DNA of 64,000 bases. Source: Balanoglossus misakiensis (Eukaryota; Animalia; Hemichordata). Made by a program: the position numbers and the translations under genes. Within the stretch, counting starts at the first letter, position 1. Every line of letters starts with the position of its first letter. Positions 26,956-41,900 of this stretch are shown one piece after another. The DNA lies in the NCBI GenBank assembly GCA_040954595.2, contig CM082583.2, forward strand, positions 7,314,849 through 7,378,848, read 5' to 3'. The notes below the pieces were generated by a model. The model searched no databases. It saw only the letters and a list, made by a program, of their open reading frames with translations, and had not been told where the DNA came from.

Positions 26956-29900
26956 CTGCAAAGACAGAAATAAACAACAACAACAACAATGGATTAATAT
27001 CGATGTTGACAGTAGCGGTGATCACAATTAACTGTTTATTTATGAAAAATAGAATGCTTGCCTCGTGAGAGCAGACTACAAATTATAATTCCTTCTTCGC
27101 TGTACGATATTCATCACCATATCTCTTTGAATTTATTTATCAAATCCACATTGTTAATGTCTGATGTTGACCAGATATTGTGTTATCACTTGTGATCAAT
27201 AATATTCCCCAAAAGATCTGATTCGGGTGTTCCACACACACTCACACTGTCACACATTTGCAGGCACCAAAGCTACAGACACATTTACAAATCAATTTGC
27301 AACTTTATGATTTCACTGCAAGAAATGACATGAAATGTATCCTCATCACCAGTACGTCCTCCAATAAACATCATATTTAGATGATATATTGGAATGATTA
27401 CAACAAATCGAGAAACCTTTTTGAAAATCAGTGATTTACTCGCATGATATTGCAATTTTTCGTGAGTTGCGGGGCATTTCTGCCTAAGTGGCAAAAGCTA
27501 AAAGGGGCAACTCCCTAATTGATTTTAGTTTCCTCTGGACTGCAATACAGATGTGAAATTCACCCCTACTTTATGGAATGGAACAGTCCAAAGGCCTACA
27601 GGCGCATCCCCAGAGGGAGGTTATCTTAGAATGTGACTTGGAAATGTCAAGGTGGTTTCATAGTAAGCATCTTCTGATAGATTTCACTTCAGAACAATGT
27701 CTGCAGTTTCTAGCCACTGCCTTTAAGTATCCATTTTATGAACTGCTCAGTACCAAATCCATTCCAAATTTCAAATAAGTTTCAACAATATGCTTTAGAC
27801 CGTTTTGATTTTTCAGACTGGTTGAACATGCAGAGGAATAAAGTTTGACACACAAATACATTTAGTTTAAATCATCTCCATTTGTTTGTGGACAGTAATT
27901 CAACATCTGTTAAGTCTCAAATTCTCCGTGGCATAAATTATATCCATCATATTCATTTGTTTAAAAACCCAATTTCAAATCATTGGAAATCAAAGAACAC
28001 AGCAAATCATTCAGGTCATTAAAATATGAAACCAGAGAAACATTTTGAAGATTATAGCTGTGCATACAAAGCCAAATCAAAACTACCCTGACTTTTCAGA
28101 CTGGATGGAATAAAAGTGCGAGTGGTGAATTCTTGTGCAGTTTAGACATTATCTGAATCTGAAATATAGGGACAGAAATGTATGCCAAATAACACACAAT
28201 CAAAGTAGATGGCTTTGGTGTAAATTATCTTGTGTACGACATGATTTAAAGCTATCTTATTTCACATTGCTGGCAGATTTTGATGTTGTACTTAAAGATC
28301 AAAACGAACGACACACAAATTGTTTTCTGATGGATTTGGAACATGCACTCGGGCGCTGCAAAAGTGACAAGTTCGTCTTTTTTTTTTATCCTCGTATGCA
28401 GAGGTATGCCTTGTGGTTCAGAAAAAAACGGCACTTTTATGGAAATCTCTCTTGTTTGAAACTGATGAGAGCAATCACATCCCGCAAATTTCACAGACCC
28501 ATTTTTGCTGACCTTGTTCGCGACCCCTCTTTTTGAGCTGTTAGATGCCCGAGACACAAATTACTCCGGCGCTGCTTTTTAGGAATGAAAGAAAAAAAAT
28601 GAGAGGAAATAGCCTTGGTTGTGTTTGCGACCACGCACTGTTATTACCCATATTTCAACGTCGACTCAAGAGCGCACTCAAGTCGCAGAAATGGGCGTGC
28701 TCTGGCTTTGAGTTCTAGATGGAGCATTCACATCGTGTTTTTTATTTCTCGATGTTGTCAAACTAGGAACTGCCGCAAATAACTGCAAATTGCTCACCAC
28801 CTTTTGTATCTCTGTTAATTCCGCCCCCTTTCTACATTGCCTATTCACTTCGTACAAATTTAAATGCAACAAAGTAGAAACTACACTGTGGATAAACCAT
28901 TTCCATTCTGTCAGAGCAACACACACACACACTCTCTCTCTTTCCATTCAAACATTCACATCTCTGGCTTTGACTCAGATCTCATCTGAGCAACAAGTCA
29001 ATATTAATTATAATTTTTTTTCTCTTTTCGTCACCTTCTTCCTCAATTACCAATTTTTCTTTCTTTCATCCAAAAATAAAAAACTGGCGAAAAGCAATAA
29101 CCGAGGGTGAAAAACTGTTTGTGACACGCGGTACAAAAACGACACCTACTCATTTTGTGAATCATTCTTAATTCATTGCTGTAGGAAGTGTTTCACACCA
29201 CAGCTCGTATGTGGGTGATCATGATAAATTTCCCAGTGAGCTGATGAAAATTACATGAAGGCAGTGTTCGCTAAGTATCAGACCAAAGCAGTGCCTAGTG
29301 TGCAAGACTTGACTTTGCTATTATTACAGCTTGCATAGCCTTCGTGTCATATCTCAGTCTGGTCCATGTTCATATGCTACAAGTACTTCAACATTCCAGG
29401 ATTTTCACAGAGTTTTATATATTTATTAATTAAAAATGCTTCAAGGTTACTGGCCAAGATTTATGATATCAAAAGTGGCCAACTCAATTTTTCAGGAGTA
29501 AATTTCATTATCCCAGGACTGTTTCAGGAGCAGGTTTTGAATTCCAAAGCTTTCAAGGAATGTGCAAAACCTGCTGGTTTAGTATGACATTTTTCGTTCA
29601 TTGACATTTTGATAAATGTCAGATTTATATGGATTATTAAGTATAGCAATTTTTTTTTTCTGCCTGGGGTATTTGTTTTTAAAATCAGAGATGAAAGAGA
29701 AAATTAATAACGCAATGGTCTTTGTTTGTTATCAGTTCTAGCTGAAAGACTGAAGTGGAATGAAATAATATAAATGGTACTGTGTTCAGACATCTGCCAA
29801 CCATTCATAACCACTCCATTTACGTTTCACGTTTTATCAAATGTCAATGACGCAGAAATTCAGAAAATTATCATGAAAAAGTCATCTAATATTTTGTGAA

Positions 29901-32900
29901 AGAACAGCCAAAATGCACATTGTTGCAATGGCAAAATATATACAAGGTGGGATGATCTATAGAGAATATTTTGTATTTTCAACTTTGTTGTTTTAACAGT
30001 GAGCTGCAAGACAGAATATCATTTGCATTTCAGACACAGGAACCTAAACTGGTATCTGTCAGCTGGGGACAAGCAAAGCTATCATGATATAACATAGTCT
30101 TCAACATCTCAATCAAACTTGATTTCATTCACAAAAAGTAACAGTAAATCAATTATAATTAACCTAGATCTTGATAATGTATGCTTCACTGCTTTCAGCC
30201 TACAATGGATGGGACCAATTAAAAAAAAAGTTATTTAAAAAATCATCATAGATTCATTAGCAAACACTAAAACTGGTAATGAGTGTTAGGTGGTTGTGTG
30301 GCCATCAAATAATTGATGTGATTAGAACAAATTTGGCTCGGGGCCATAAAACATCCATGTATCAGACCCAAAGTTGCACTGGTAACCATGACACCTGAAT
30401 GTATGTTGAAGATGAAGAAATCAACCTGGAATGTTTGCGGTCAACAGTTGCGGGGTTTTTCCCGCCAATCTAAGTTCACGACGAATTGATAATCATTGTT
30501 GAAAAATACAACATGCTCCTTGCAGACAAAGTGGCAATTTTACTCCCGTGCAGGGTGGAACAAATTGGATGTATTTTGTTGTGCAAATGATGTGGTTCTG
30601 GTGAGACCTACGTACATCGCAGCATATATCCGCAGCAGTGGGCATTTTGTTTTGTATAAACTGCACCACCAGCGAGCCCTTTTTTATACGCGAGTTGAAG
30701 CGTTGAAGTAACAACCCGGCAGTTCACTTTGTGGTTCGCTGGAATAAGTTTTGAGTGGCCTGCATGGGGCGACCATAATTGCACAACAATGCTGTGCTTT
30801 TCGTGTCATATTGCATTAGGATCCGCCGCGGACACTGAGCTTTCTTCTCGTCTGTCGGATCTCATTAGCCGTATCATCAAGTGTGGCACCTTGATGTACT
30901 CTCTCCCTACACCCGCTGCCAATTTGCAGCATGATGAGCCGTTCAAAAAAAAAACCAACGACGACCGCATCAGAATTCCTCCTAAAAGGACAGGGAGGGG
31001 GGTATGAGATAGAGAGTGTAATACATCATGCTACCTGCTCCCTGTCAAGTCCTGTTAAATTCTCAGCAAACTATCTTTAGTGCTTGTACAGTAAAATGGC
31101 TCAGAAAATCCCATATGGTCTTCGCTCTCAAATTCTGCAAATACTTCGCTTTGTCGCGGAACTAATTAATACACAGCAACAGTTGAATATTTTTGTTTTT
31201 CTTTATTTTCCATCTTGTTATCATCAGTGTTGCGTAGCTAATTACTTGCAACTAGTATTGGCCAGTACTGAAACAAAAAACCTGTAGGTTGATTAAGTTT
31301 TCCAACAGACTCACCCCCATAATTTATGCATCATTATTTTCTCTACTCATCCCTAATTAATTAAGTAGTTCAATTCTGGACGCTGAGTGAACACCAAAAG
31401 GACACAGGGTCAGTTCATTGCATGATATGACGGTTGCATCATCATCAAAGATAACTGATGACAAGAGCTGGTCTGCCACCTGGTGACTGCCTCATTTGAA
31501 TATTAGCTATGAAAATCCAATCATCACAGATTAACTACAGTGGTGTCTGCTGAACATCTGGTTTTTACTTTTTACGCTCTGTCTAAAACACACACACAGT
31601 CATTTCCTGTCTGTCCGTCTCTGAACACCTCCACTTCCTATCACTGCATGAAAACTTTACTGACTTTTTTATGCCATGTCCAACAATCACTAGAGAGCTG
31701 TGATTCCTTCACTCAGTAATGATCAAAAACTCATTATAACTTCTTGAACACCGTGAAATCTGATACCGACACTGCAGTTTCTAATCTTCCACAGGCTGAA
31801 AGATCCATCTTGCCCCTTTTCTTACAAATCCACTGCCGGGACAGTGACCTTCACAAAAAAAACCTCTCCCCCGTCCTGTCATAATGAATGATGATGCCTT
31901 GTATCTGTGACTAACTAATAAATGGCTGGCAAGGACCCAAGATGAATAATGATAGACATTTCACACTGCACTGCACACACACTGTGTAACTAATTAAACT
32001 GTCCAAGATTAAAACTCTGTTTCTGCCCACGGGCCCGACTCTCGGCGTTGACTGATTAAGGGTTTACAAATGAGACAGGACCGATGTCTGGTTCCCCCGA
32101 GACCGCATCTAATTTTCCCCATCCTTTCATATGCGGCAGCTAGATTAAAACAGTGTGCAAACATAAATGGCTCGCCGGTTGGAAAAAAAAAACGGTAGCC
32201 TTTACTGTATGCATGGGTCACTAAAGGTCCCTCTGAGGCTATTTTCCCCCGACAAAACCCCGCGACTTGCGCACGTAATTGAGGATTATAATATCAACGG
32301 AGAATTATATGGAGTTACCCGGATTAATTAAGACCATAAAGAGAGTCGTCAGCCTCATCATGAGATGTTTTAATGAAACAGGTGGCAAGGTCACGACCAA
32401 GTATTCCATCGAGTTGGCGGCGCCATTCAAGCTGATGAAAAAATATGCAACGCTCTCACACGCCAAGAATAGTTTTTTTTTTCTTTCAAACTTGACATTA
32501 AAGTCGTGTCCTTGTCATAAACAGCTGCCGGACAAGCCTCCACACAATGCCGCTGCTTTGATTGTACAAACGGTTACACACAGTCATAAGGATCTGTCTG
32601 ACACTTTTTTACTTTGGTCAGGTTTAATCGCCCGTTCAAGGTCAAGGGTCAGGTACTGAAGATTCGATGTGCACACAACAGACGCATGATTTTAGGTGGC
32701 AAAAAAAATAGTACAGTAACTTCTCACATGCAGCAGCACATCAACACAGAAAGATGTTCGCATTCTTTCTCAAGTATCTGCTAAGTTGTGCAAGCGTGGA
32801 AATCAGTGCACAATATAAGACTGCTCAAACGAATAAAATCTGAAACAGTTTGTTTTTCCTTCAAAGTTCAAATACGTCAAAATACACCTGTTGTTTTATG

Positions 32901-35900
32901 TACCTGAACAACAGATGAGACACTGTGCATTGGTAAAGCCAAAAAGTATAAAATGAAAATAGTTACTTTTTAAAAAAAAAGCACCATTTCATATTTCTCA
33001 CTTATCATTCATCGGCTCAGTAAAAAGACTTTTTATTTTTCTCCACTTCACAGTGAAAGATAAATTTGACCAGATTCAATCGAGTTTCCTTTGTTACTTG
33101 TAATTTTCTAATCTTTTTGCTTTGGCGGTTAAATGAAGCATGTCAAACTCTTTTTAATTCTGCCATTATTGCCCGGAAGCAAACAATCGGGTAATGACAA
33201 ACATTGGCGGAGAGAAAGAATCTCCAAAAGAACTACAGATATTGAACTCCGAAAAAAATGAGCCATTGTAATGAAGGGTGGAGGGGGGGGGGGGGACATG
33301 AAGTGTTCTCATTTGGTGACAATTACAAAAGTAAACTAAAGCAAAAAAAAAAAAAAACGTCCACTGAGAGGAACTTGGCAAACAACGATTACCCATCAAA
33401 CAAGACTCATGTGTGGCCTACTAATTATTTAAACAGCAGCTGAAATGTAGTTTCCTGAATCCGTATTGACAATACTGTAACCGGCATCGCGGCAACACAA
33501 GCATGTCCAAATAACTGTTTGCCGAGGTGTCGTGTTTGGGAACGGGCGGAGGTGAATGTTTGAATACAAATTTCATGAATGGAGGCAGTGTGCATGCCGC
33601 GATCTCCTCCACCTGTTCTACTGAACACAGGAGAGAGAAGGAGAGATGATTAAAAATAAAAGGAAAAACAATGGAAAACAGTGTCGGGTTGTTATCTCAA
33701 GTGCCTTGAGATAATAATAATTAATAAGTATTATATTTTTCCCTTCTCAGTCCTAAATTCATGGTACCAATACCCCAAAATTACTGAAAACAGTTAAAAA
33801 GATCAGGTCTGTGAAACAGGGCCAGCGAGTGACTGAGAAAAAAAGGGAACCCTTGCTCGACAGTAAATTGATAAAACATGGAAAAGAAGGCCCTTATATT
33901 CATCATCACTTTGGGTCCTTCCCCCGGGGCTCTTCGGAAACAACTGACAAATGAAAAACCCCAGTAACTGACACACATGTCAGAGAATTATACGGGTACA
34001 GTAAAAATGTTGCCACTAATGCATTTCCCGAACCATACGAGCCCCCAGGCCAAATTTTAACTCCTGTTCATATTTCAAACTTCATTGAGTCATATTTCAA
34101 ACGAGAGAGAGAAAAAAAAGCAGAACAAAAAAAGTTTTTATCACCTCGCGATTTGTTACTAATTGGCAACAGTTTAGAAATGCGTTCAGGGTGATGCGAT
34201 CGCACAATGGTAGGTTTGTGACTCTGGGGAGAGCGAGACAAGAGAAATGGACAACCTCGCTTAAAAGCTGACTCTGGCAAATATTTCTGGGAATTTCGCT
34301 GGAGGATAAACACGCATTAAATTGTGATAAATAAATGCTTTTAAAAATTACACGGGCTTACAGGCATTCATTCCCTCATTTACTGTCATGCATCCCAGCG
34401 ATTGATTCATCCTCACACAATAAATTAACGCCGTCTTCCCCCAAAAGACCATCACATGAAGAATATTTCATCTACTTTGACTAAAATACCCTGCCACAAA
34501 TCAAAAAAACCTGCTGTAATTATCACATATTAATATCTCATTTTCAGCTTAAGTGATGCAACTCTCTTTTTTCTCTCTCTGAAAACCTTCTGTGAACTGC
34601 AATTAGATTTGGAAACCATTGGCAGATTAAGTCTCATAGCTGTACATCGCTTGGGCTGCCCTCTCTGTATCATTCCAAAAGCCATTCACCAACGACTCGC
34701 ACAAGTTTTATGTGCTGTGATCAATTCTGGCTGAAACATCCCCAACTCCACTAACCGACAAAACGCCTATAAATCTAAAATCCAAACAGTGAAATGAAAA
34801 ACAGCAAGTTATGGGAGTTTAGCAATGTTTAGAGCATAAGAGAACATTTCCATTGTACAATAACAATGCCATTAAACACATGAAGGTTATGTTGCCTAGC
34901 CAAATCACATGCCATTTCAAGATGTTTTCATTTGTACAACACGCATCAGTATTGATGCAATGTAATTGAACATTTTGAAAAGTGTCACCAAAAGTTACAG
35001 AAGTTGTTCTTCGCGTGTTTGCTTGAAAGCCCTAACCCTATATTTAACACCTATTTTGGCACTCGACTCACTGATATGAAAGTCAGTGTACTGCTTCTCG
35101 ATGTGTGGGAGCAAAAAAGCAAGATGTAGAGTACTCCATAGATTTGAATGCAGAAAATGTTCCCAAAATCATTCTCTGCTTGGCCGGCCATGGAAACCAT
35201 CAACAGAAGTTGACCATTTTCCATATTGTGTGAAACAAGAAGCTGTTATCTCAACAGAATTTGTGCTAATAAATCTTGTCTTACTACAAAAGTATGGTCA
35301 TATTCTTTCTAATGCTTTAACTCTACACACTATCATAGTTCTTGATTTGGCGGGAATCTGTTTACATTTCAAAACAAGGCACAGTTACTGTTTTCTATCA
35401 ATTGTGGCCTCCTGGTTTTCAACGGTAAACATTCCGTTCTGACAACCGTGGAAGGAACCAAAACAAACCTACTTCAGCCTGCAGTAAGTTTACCGTAGGA
35501 GACTTCATACATCAAGTTGACTGCTTTTTCTTAAAAGACGACCAATTCTGGCGGGAAAGCCTTAAATGAAGAAGGATAATGCAGCAGAGACAAAGTGCAC
35601 ATAACATAATGGATATTAATGGTGCGGACTAAAGTACCAGTGAGGACATCTGTACACGATTCTCTCTGGGCAAGCAAATTGGAGTTTTTAGTACGGCTAG
35701 TAATTTTTATGACTCGCACTAGCTCATTGCTTTATCGCACCTTGGAAATTTTTTACCAATAACAATCATTTATGAGAAAAAAACATCATTCAGAGTCATT
35801 AAATGCTGTTAGTCTGTTTCTGCCCACTGAACCGCCATGGCCGTGGCGAAGGTGTCCGTCTGTCACTCAGGCAGACTGCAAGGATTCAAAGGTAGCGATC

Positions 35901-38900
35901 CATAGAACAGATAGCTCCCTTGATCCAACAAGCTGTTGAACACGACATGCTTGGCACACGCATGTCACTGGGGTATCACCTTCGACCTCCCGAACAATGT
36001 TCACTGCGACAACGAAGCAAGACTACAACACGCAGTCCCTAGGATGCCGGCGCGCTGAAAATATCGACAGAGGTAATTTCAGTTCATGGGGGAACAGTTT
36101 CAGATTTAATTTGGAAGTTTCTTGAGGAGTGCGCTGGGAAATGAATGGTTCACATTTACGTTGGAAGATGACTCACTAAGGACTATGACTGTAAAATAAA
36201 AACATACTACCAGTTAGACAGCTATGATGCTTCTCTCGTATTGTTTTTTCATGGAAGCAAATCAATGTGCATTGACAGAACAGATCACTTTTGTTTTCCT
36301 TCAATCAGATTTCATATTTAAACTTGGTGAACCATTTTTTTTAGAAGGGGAGAGTAGAACACTTCATGATAAAAATGGAAAACGTTCTTACATATTAGTG
36401 AGAGTAGCTGCTGAAAACAGTAAGATGTATTCAAATATTAAAACACGGTTACTAGAAGAAGTAAATCAGTAACCGTGATTAAAATGAATATGATTCACAC
36501 ACCGGCAAGTTACTGAAATGTACATTTCAAATATCAACAACAATTAATCCTAGTGCAGGTAAAAAAAAACAACCAGAAGTGTGCAATTCAGGGCGTTAGA
36601 GAAGATTTTAATCTCAACGAGGGGGTATTGTGACAATTCTTGCAGCCTCAATTACGGAATTAGCTGGATTTTTTTCTCCCCCCGCTCCCAGTTTATCGAA
36701 GTTTAAAACCGATTTGCCAAATCTTCGCCCAGGGAGACGCATTCCTGATATAATCTCTATGGCAACTGACACGAGACCTCACTTCATGAATTTTGCAGGA
36801 TTTGAACGGGTGCTTGATGTTTGGAGTTTCTTGTCAAGCTGCGACTCTTATGTGGGTCAGTAAGCAAATCTCATGCATGACAGGCGACCCAGTTGAACGA
36901 CTTTCCCCCCCCCCCCCTCTGCTTTGTATTCCAATCCGTCTGCATGTCTACCTGCACTGCATGTCACAACCAATTAGATCAGTCGGTCGGTCGCGGCAAA
37001 AAACCTGATGAATTTTCCATGGCTGAAATTTCTCTTCTACATTTCTCTCTCCTTGGTAAAATCTAGCCAGACAATAACTGCTTGTCTCTCGCTGCTTTTA
37101 GATGTTGATACGCCGTTTATGCTTTATAATAACTATTACACCTGTCATAATGTTTATTGCTCTCATCAAATTTACCTTCTTCCGTCGAACAGATAAAGCC
37201 ACTTTCTTCTGACCTCATGGTTTAATTTTTTTCGTGAAAGAGAAGTCAGAATAAAGGGCATGAAATACTGAAGACATATTGCTATAAAGCAAAACTTGGA
37301 AACAAAATTCTGTCACGATTTCATCTCGCAAACAGTATTTTTCCAATGCCATGCAGAAGTGGAGTATACATTCTAATAGGAACACACTGACGATGTTATC
37401 AAATATTTACACAAATTTGCCCGAATCATTTTTAAGTGCCAAACACGCTGAAGGATAGTCTTATACTAATAGTCTGTTCCTCCTCTAATCTCTACAGATA
37501 TTTTAAAATGGGTCCACAAACACTCTACGATGGATGTCAGAGGCATGATCGCAAGTGAAGTTTGGGCTTATGAAACGGAAAGAAACAAAATATCGCTGTA
37601 TTAAAACTAATCTCTGCCGGTAAGTAAGAACTTCAGATCAACGCTAACGATTTATTAACAATATTTTAATACTCCATTTATGTTTATGCCACCTCGCGAT
37701 AAAATTCCCGGAATTGACACCTTAAAGATTACCATTTCCTATCAAACTGTCCACGCAGTACAGCTGATCTGATGACTAGATAGATTGATGATTCCATTCA
37801 CATCCCAGTGGAGAGAATTTTTTTTTTATATCAACATTCTTGTCTCGTTACTCTTATCTGACTGCCTTGTCTCCGGACATCGGTTTGTTTTTCTCGTGAA
37901 TTTGGAACCCGTTGTCATTAAAGGGGCATAGCTGTAAATTTTTTGCGGAGTTGTTTTCGTTCATTTATCTCACATTGTGCGTCAATCTGCAGGTTGTTCA
38001 AAAGTACGTTGACACTCCTGGATTTTAACCCTTTCGTCACCGTGGTTCAGTCCAAACCCAGTGTTGTTTTCTATGGTAAGCTTGGACCTCTTAACAGGGA
38101 ACTGGGGGGTGAAAGGTTTAACTATGTCACAGCAACCTGCAGATATATCAAGTGTTTGGTTATTGTTGACAACTGAAGTTCAGTCTGAACTAAAATTCAA
38201 TTGTCACACAACAATTCAGGCTGCATACACGTTGAAATGCAGGGGTATAATTTCAACTTGCTTCAAGGGGAATAAAGAAAATGCAGCTGAAGATAAATCT
38301 AACAAAAACAAATCACCGAAAGTGACAATTACCGATTTTTTATAGCAGGTCAGGGCTTCTTCAGTTCATAACAAAAGCAGCATTTAGAATTGGGCGTAAG
38401 ATCCTGCAAATGGGGTTTTTTATTTCATAGTTTTTATCCGGAAAATTTCCCTTGTATAAAGCATGTTGCTGTTTACATTTTGATCACATTGGATAACACA
38501 TTCCTGTAAGTTTAAAAAAAATTCTATTATGTCTGTTTTTAAGAGAACGAAAATCGGTGAATATTTTGTCAGTCAAAGCAGGAATCAACGAGTCATTCTC
38601 TCTGCTGCGTTGGATGAGCCAGGAAGTTGCTCAGCAGTAGACATCTGATGCAAATAATGGTGTGGCCTAAAGGCATAGCAATATACAGTCAACCAAGGCT
38701 TCGCTCAGTTAATATTCACCGGCTTTTATATGAATAAATCTCTTTGCTATTGTTCGTTCCACCTGTGACCTCTGACCTCCCGAAACGCGGGAGAGACCAC
38801 GAAGTCCATGTTTGGTGTTGCATGTAATTACGCAGTTATGTTTTGTCACTAGATCAAGTTTCCCTTCATAAAAGAAAACTAAAGATGTAATTTCCGATAC

Positions 38901-41900
38901 CCTGCCACCGAGACGGAGGAATATTAAAATTCTCGGCGGAGCGAGGTAGAGCTTTTAGTTGAACATTAAATTAAGCTATTCGCCGCGGGCAAAACAATGC
39001 ACAAGCCATCCATATTCCTTTCAGTTTGCGATGGCTTTGATTTGTGTGGACAATATCGGATTCAGTCGCCGGGCTAACTATCTATCAAACATAAAAATGA
39101 GAAACTATAAACACTTCTGAATCATACAGCGCTGTCGCTGCGCACCGAAACAAAGTGCCGAATATCGGATTTTGATTTGCACAGCGGGACAGACGATACT
39201 GAACTAATTCGCGACTGCGACGGAGGAAAGGGTGAAGAGAGAGAGCGGGGACCGGAAAAAGCGACTGAGGGAAAAAGGCGGCAAGGCTAATGACATGAAC
39301 ATTAGCTAAATTAAAGGCCCAACAGCACAAACAGGCCTATAATCTTTTAGAGCTTACACATAAACCACTATGACCATAAAGTCACATCGTCAAAATTACA
39401 GCAAAATATTACCGATCGTATTCTGGTCTTCAATAGCCCCCGGGCACGTTCTACAATCAAAACCACCTCGAATGTTTAACGTTTTATTCATATTTTGTTG
39501 CCAAAATTACAACAATAAATATGCGAATGCAATCAAGTGAAGACTCTGTATTTTTGTCTGAACAGACTCGTTGTTATCAATGAAATGAAACGGTTGGGAT
39601 GAAAGAGGAATTTTCCGAGATTTGTTGTGTGCGGGAAAGTTCACCTGCAGATTATGGAATACGATTACTGTAGCTTTTAAGGGCAATGGACTCTAATTGA
39701 TTTGACTAGCTTTGTGTTTTGATCTTGTTAACTCACATTTTCTGCCCGTTTTCACTGTACAACATAAAATAAACATTAAAAGTTTTCAACTCTCTCCCTC
39801 TTTTGCCTATTGCCATCATCATCATCATCATTTTAAAGACGCATTAACCAGGAGGTAAGAGAAACAAAATTACAGATGTAATCAAATCTTACCCCTCCTA
39901 ATCATTACCCGGCAAGACTGTAATTCCCGGATAAAATGAACGGATAAAAAAAAAGAGTCCAAAAACGGATGCAAACGGACAGCCACAATGGCAGCCCCTG
40001 ATAACCAGGCAGATAATGAAGTTGAAAAAATAATTTGGAGGACAACTGCTGCTCGGTTATTAGGCTGACAAAGGACGATAACTCCCGCATAATTATACCT
40101 TGTATTGGTCCTAATTGTCTGTATCAGATTACTCAAGATGGTAATTCACTCATCAACTCCACTGCTTCGACCCAGAGACCAATTATACTCCTCAAAAACT
40201 CAAGTTTCTCTCTTGTCATCCTATTCTACCTGTCTGTATTGCGGACCGCATTTCAAATGGTGCAGAAATTTAATAGGGCATATACGCAGCGACTAATCAA
40301 AACACTCCCTCCTTTCATCGAACACAATAATTAATCAGGGAAATTCTTACAAAATATGATGAGCTCACAGAGCCTCTGTGCCAATGTTTTCATTTCAAAT
40401 TAAACCCTTTGTGAAGCAAAACTTATCACCTAGAGCCGGTAAGCGTGCTTTCATTTTATTGAGTAAAGAATGTGTGGTCGCCATCATCAACTATATCTGT
40501 TATTTTACAGGCAAATTGGAACTTGTCTCATTAAAATTCGTGATGTGTCTCCCCCCCCCCCCCCCTCCATTTTTCGGGTTGAGATGTGACAAAAATGTCA
40601 CAGGCATAAAATGTCAAATGTTAAACTCCACATAGATCCGTCATCTGCCAGAGGTTAACTCTGTAAAAAACACTGGCAGGGAACGAACGACGCCAGCGTG
40701 ACTGGTAAAATGACAGCTGTTGCATTGCGTGAACTTGTCCATGTGCTTCGTTAAAGGGCCTAGGCCACTCCCTTTGGATATTCAGTTGCTGTTTTTAGTG
40801 TGTGCGTGTGTGTGTGTGTGCATGCGTGTTTGAAAAAGTTATTTTAATTGTACTGTTCTATTTCGTAAAACATAGATTTGTCAAATCATTATCGCACAAA
40901 TACTTGAATGTTTCCGGCAGTGTACCAAACAACTATGACTGATATTATTATTAAAGTATCATTGTCTATGACCAGTTCTAAGTAGAGCTAGGGTACGTAC
41001 CAAAAATCACGATATGAAACTACCAATCACTATAACTAGGTTTTCAGTAAAGCTCTGATGACAAACAACAAAATGAGTTCAAAGAAATCAGAACAGCAGT
41101 AATTTACGCACGAAGAAAAAACAATTAAATAGTGACTTTGTGTATGAGGTGTATCATCCTATGGGTATTAGTTTCAAAGTCTAGTGTAGAATGGGAAGCA
41201 AACATATTTCACTAGACTGAATAACAAGCTAGAAAATATATGAATGTAACAAAAATAAGTGTAATCGTGTCTCTGCATCCATGTTAGACATAAAATTCAT
41301 TGGTTGATGTTATTGTATCTGCAAAAATACAGATGTTATACTGTAGGAGTAGTATCAAAACAATAAAACCATTGTTTAAATTTATTTTGGCCATAAAAAA
41401 TTTAATCTTTTAATCACCTACGTACTGTGGTAAAAATCTTTTCATGTGTGGTTCTTCTGGTGGCTTTGAAAGTGTGGAAAATCGTCATTCAAGCTGTGCA
41501 GGATTTCAAAACTTTGTCAACTGCTAAGAATATAAACAAATTTACTGGTAACACTGCCATTGTTTAGGTCGTTGTGCAACAAACATAAATTGTTGACTCA
41601 ACACCTGAAAGCCAGACCCCCATCCCCACCCCCATCCCCAAAACACATCCTCAGCCTGCTCTCGACAATTTTTGGATCATATTTGTTTGAAAGTCAAATA
41701 AATATATGACTACAACCCGGGGTAATGATAAGAATATCTTATCAAATATCCGCATGTACGAAAAAACTGAACTACAAATATTTGTCTTTGCCTCCCCACA
41801 AAAAAAAACACAATATCATAAAATGATGATATCATTAAAGACAAATCATGACACTGATGGATAATTAATAACAATAATTATTTTACAAAAATCAATATCA

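Noticed and set aside
39893-39917. 25-nt phase 0-1 micro-exon candidate (SCRVMIRR) as an alternative to exon L
   Set aside because: The pyrimidine tract next to the AG is weak and the peptide is uninformative; exon L has much stronger signals.
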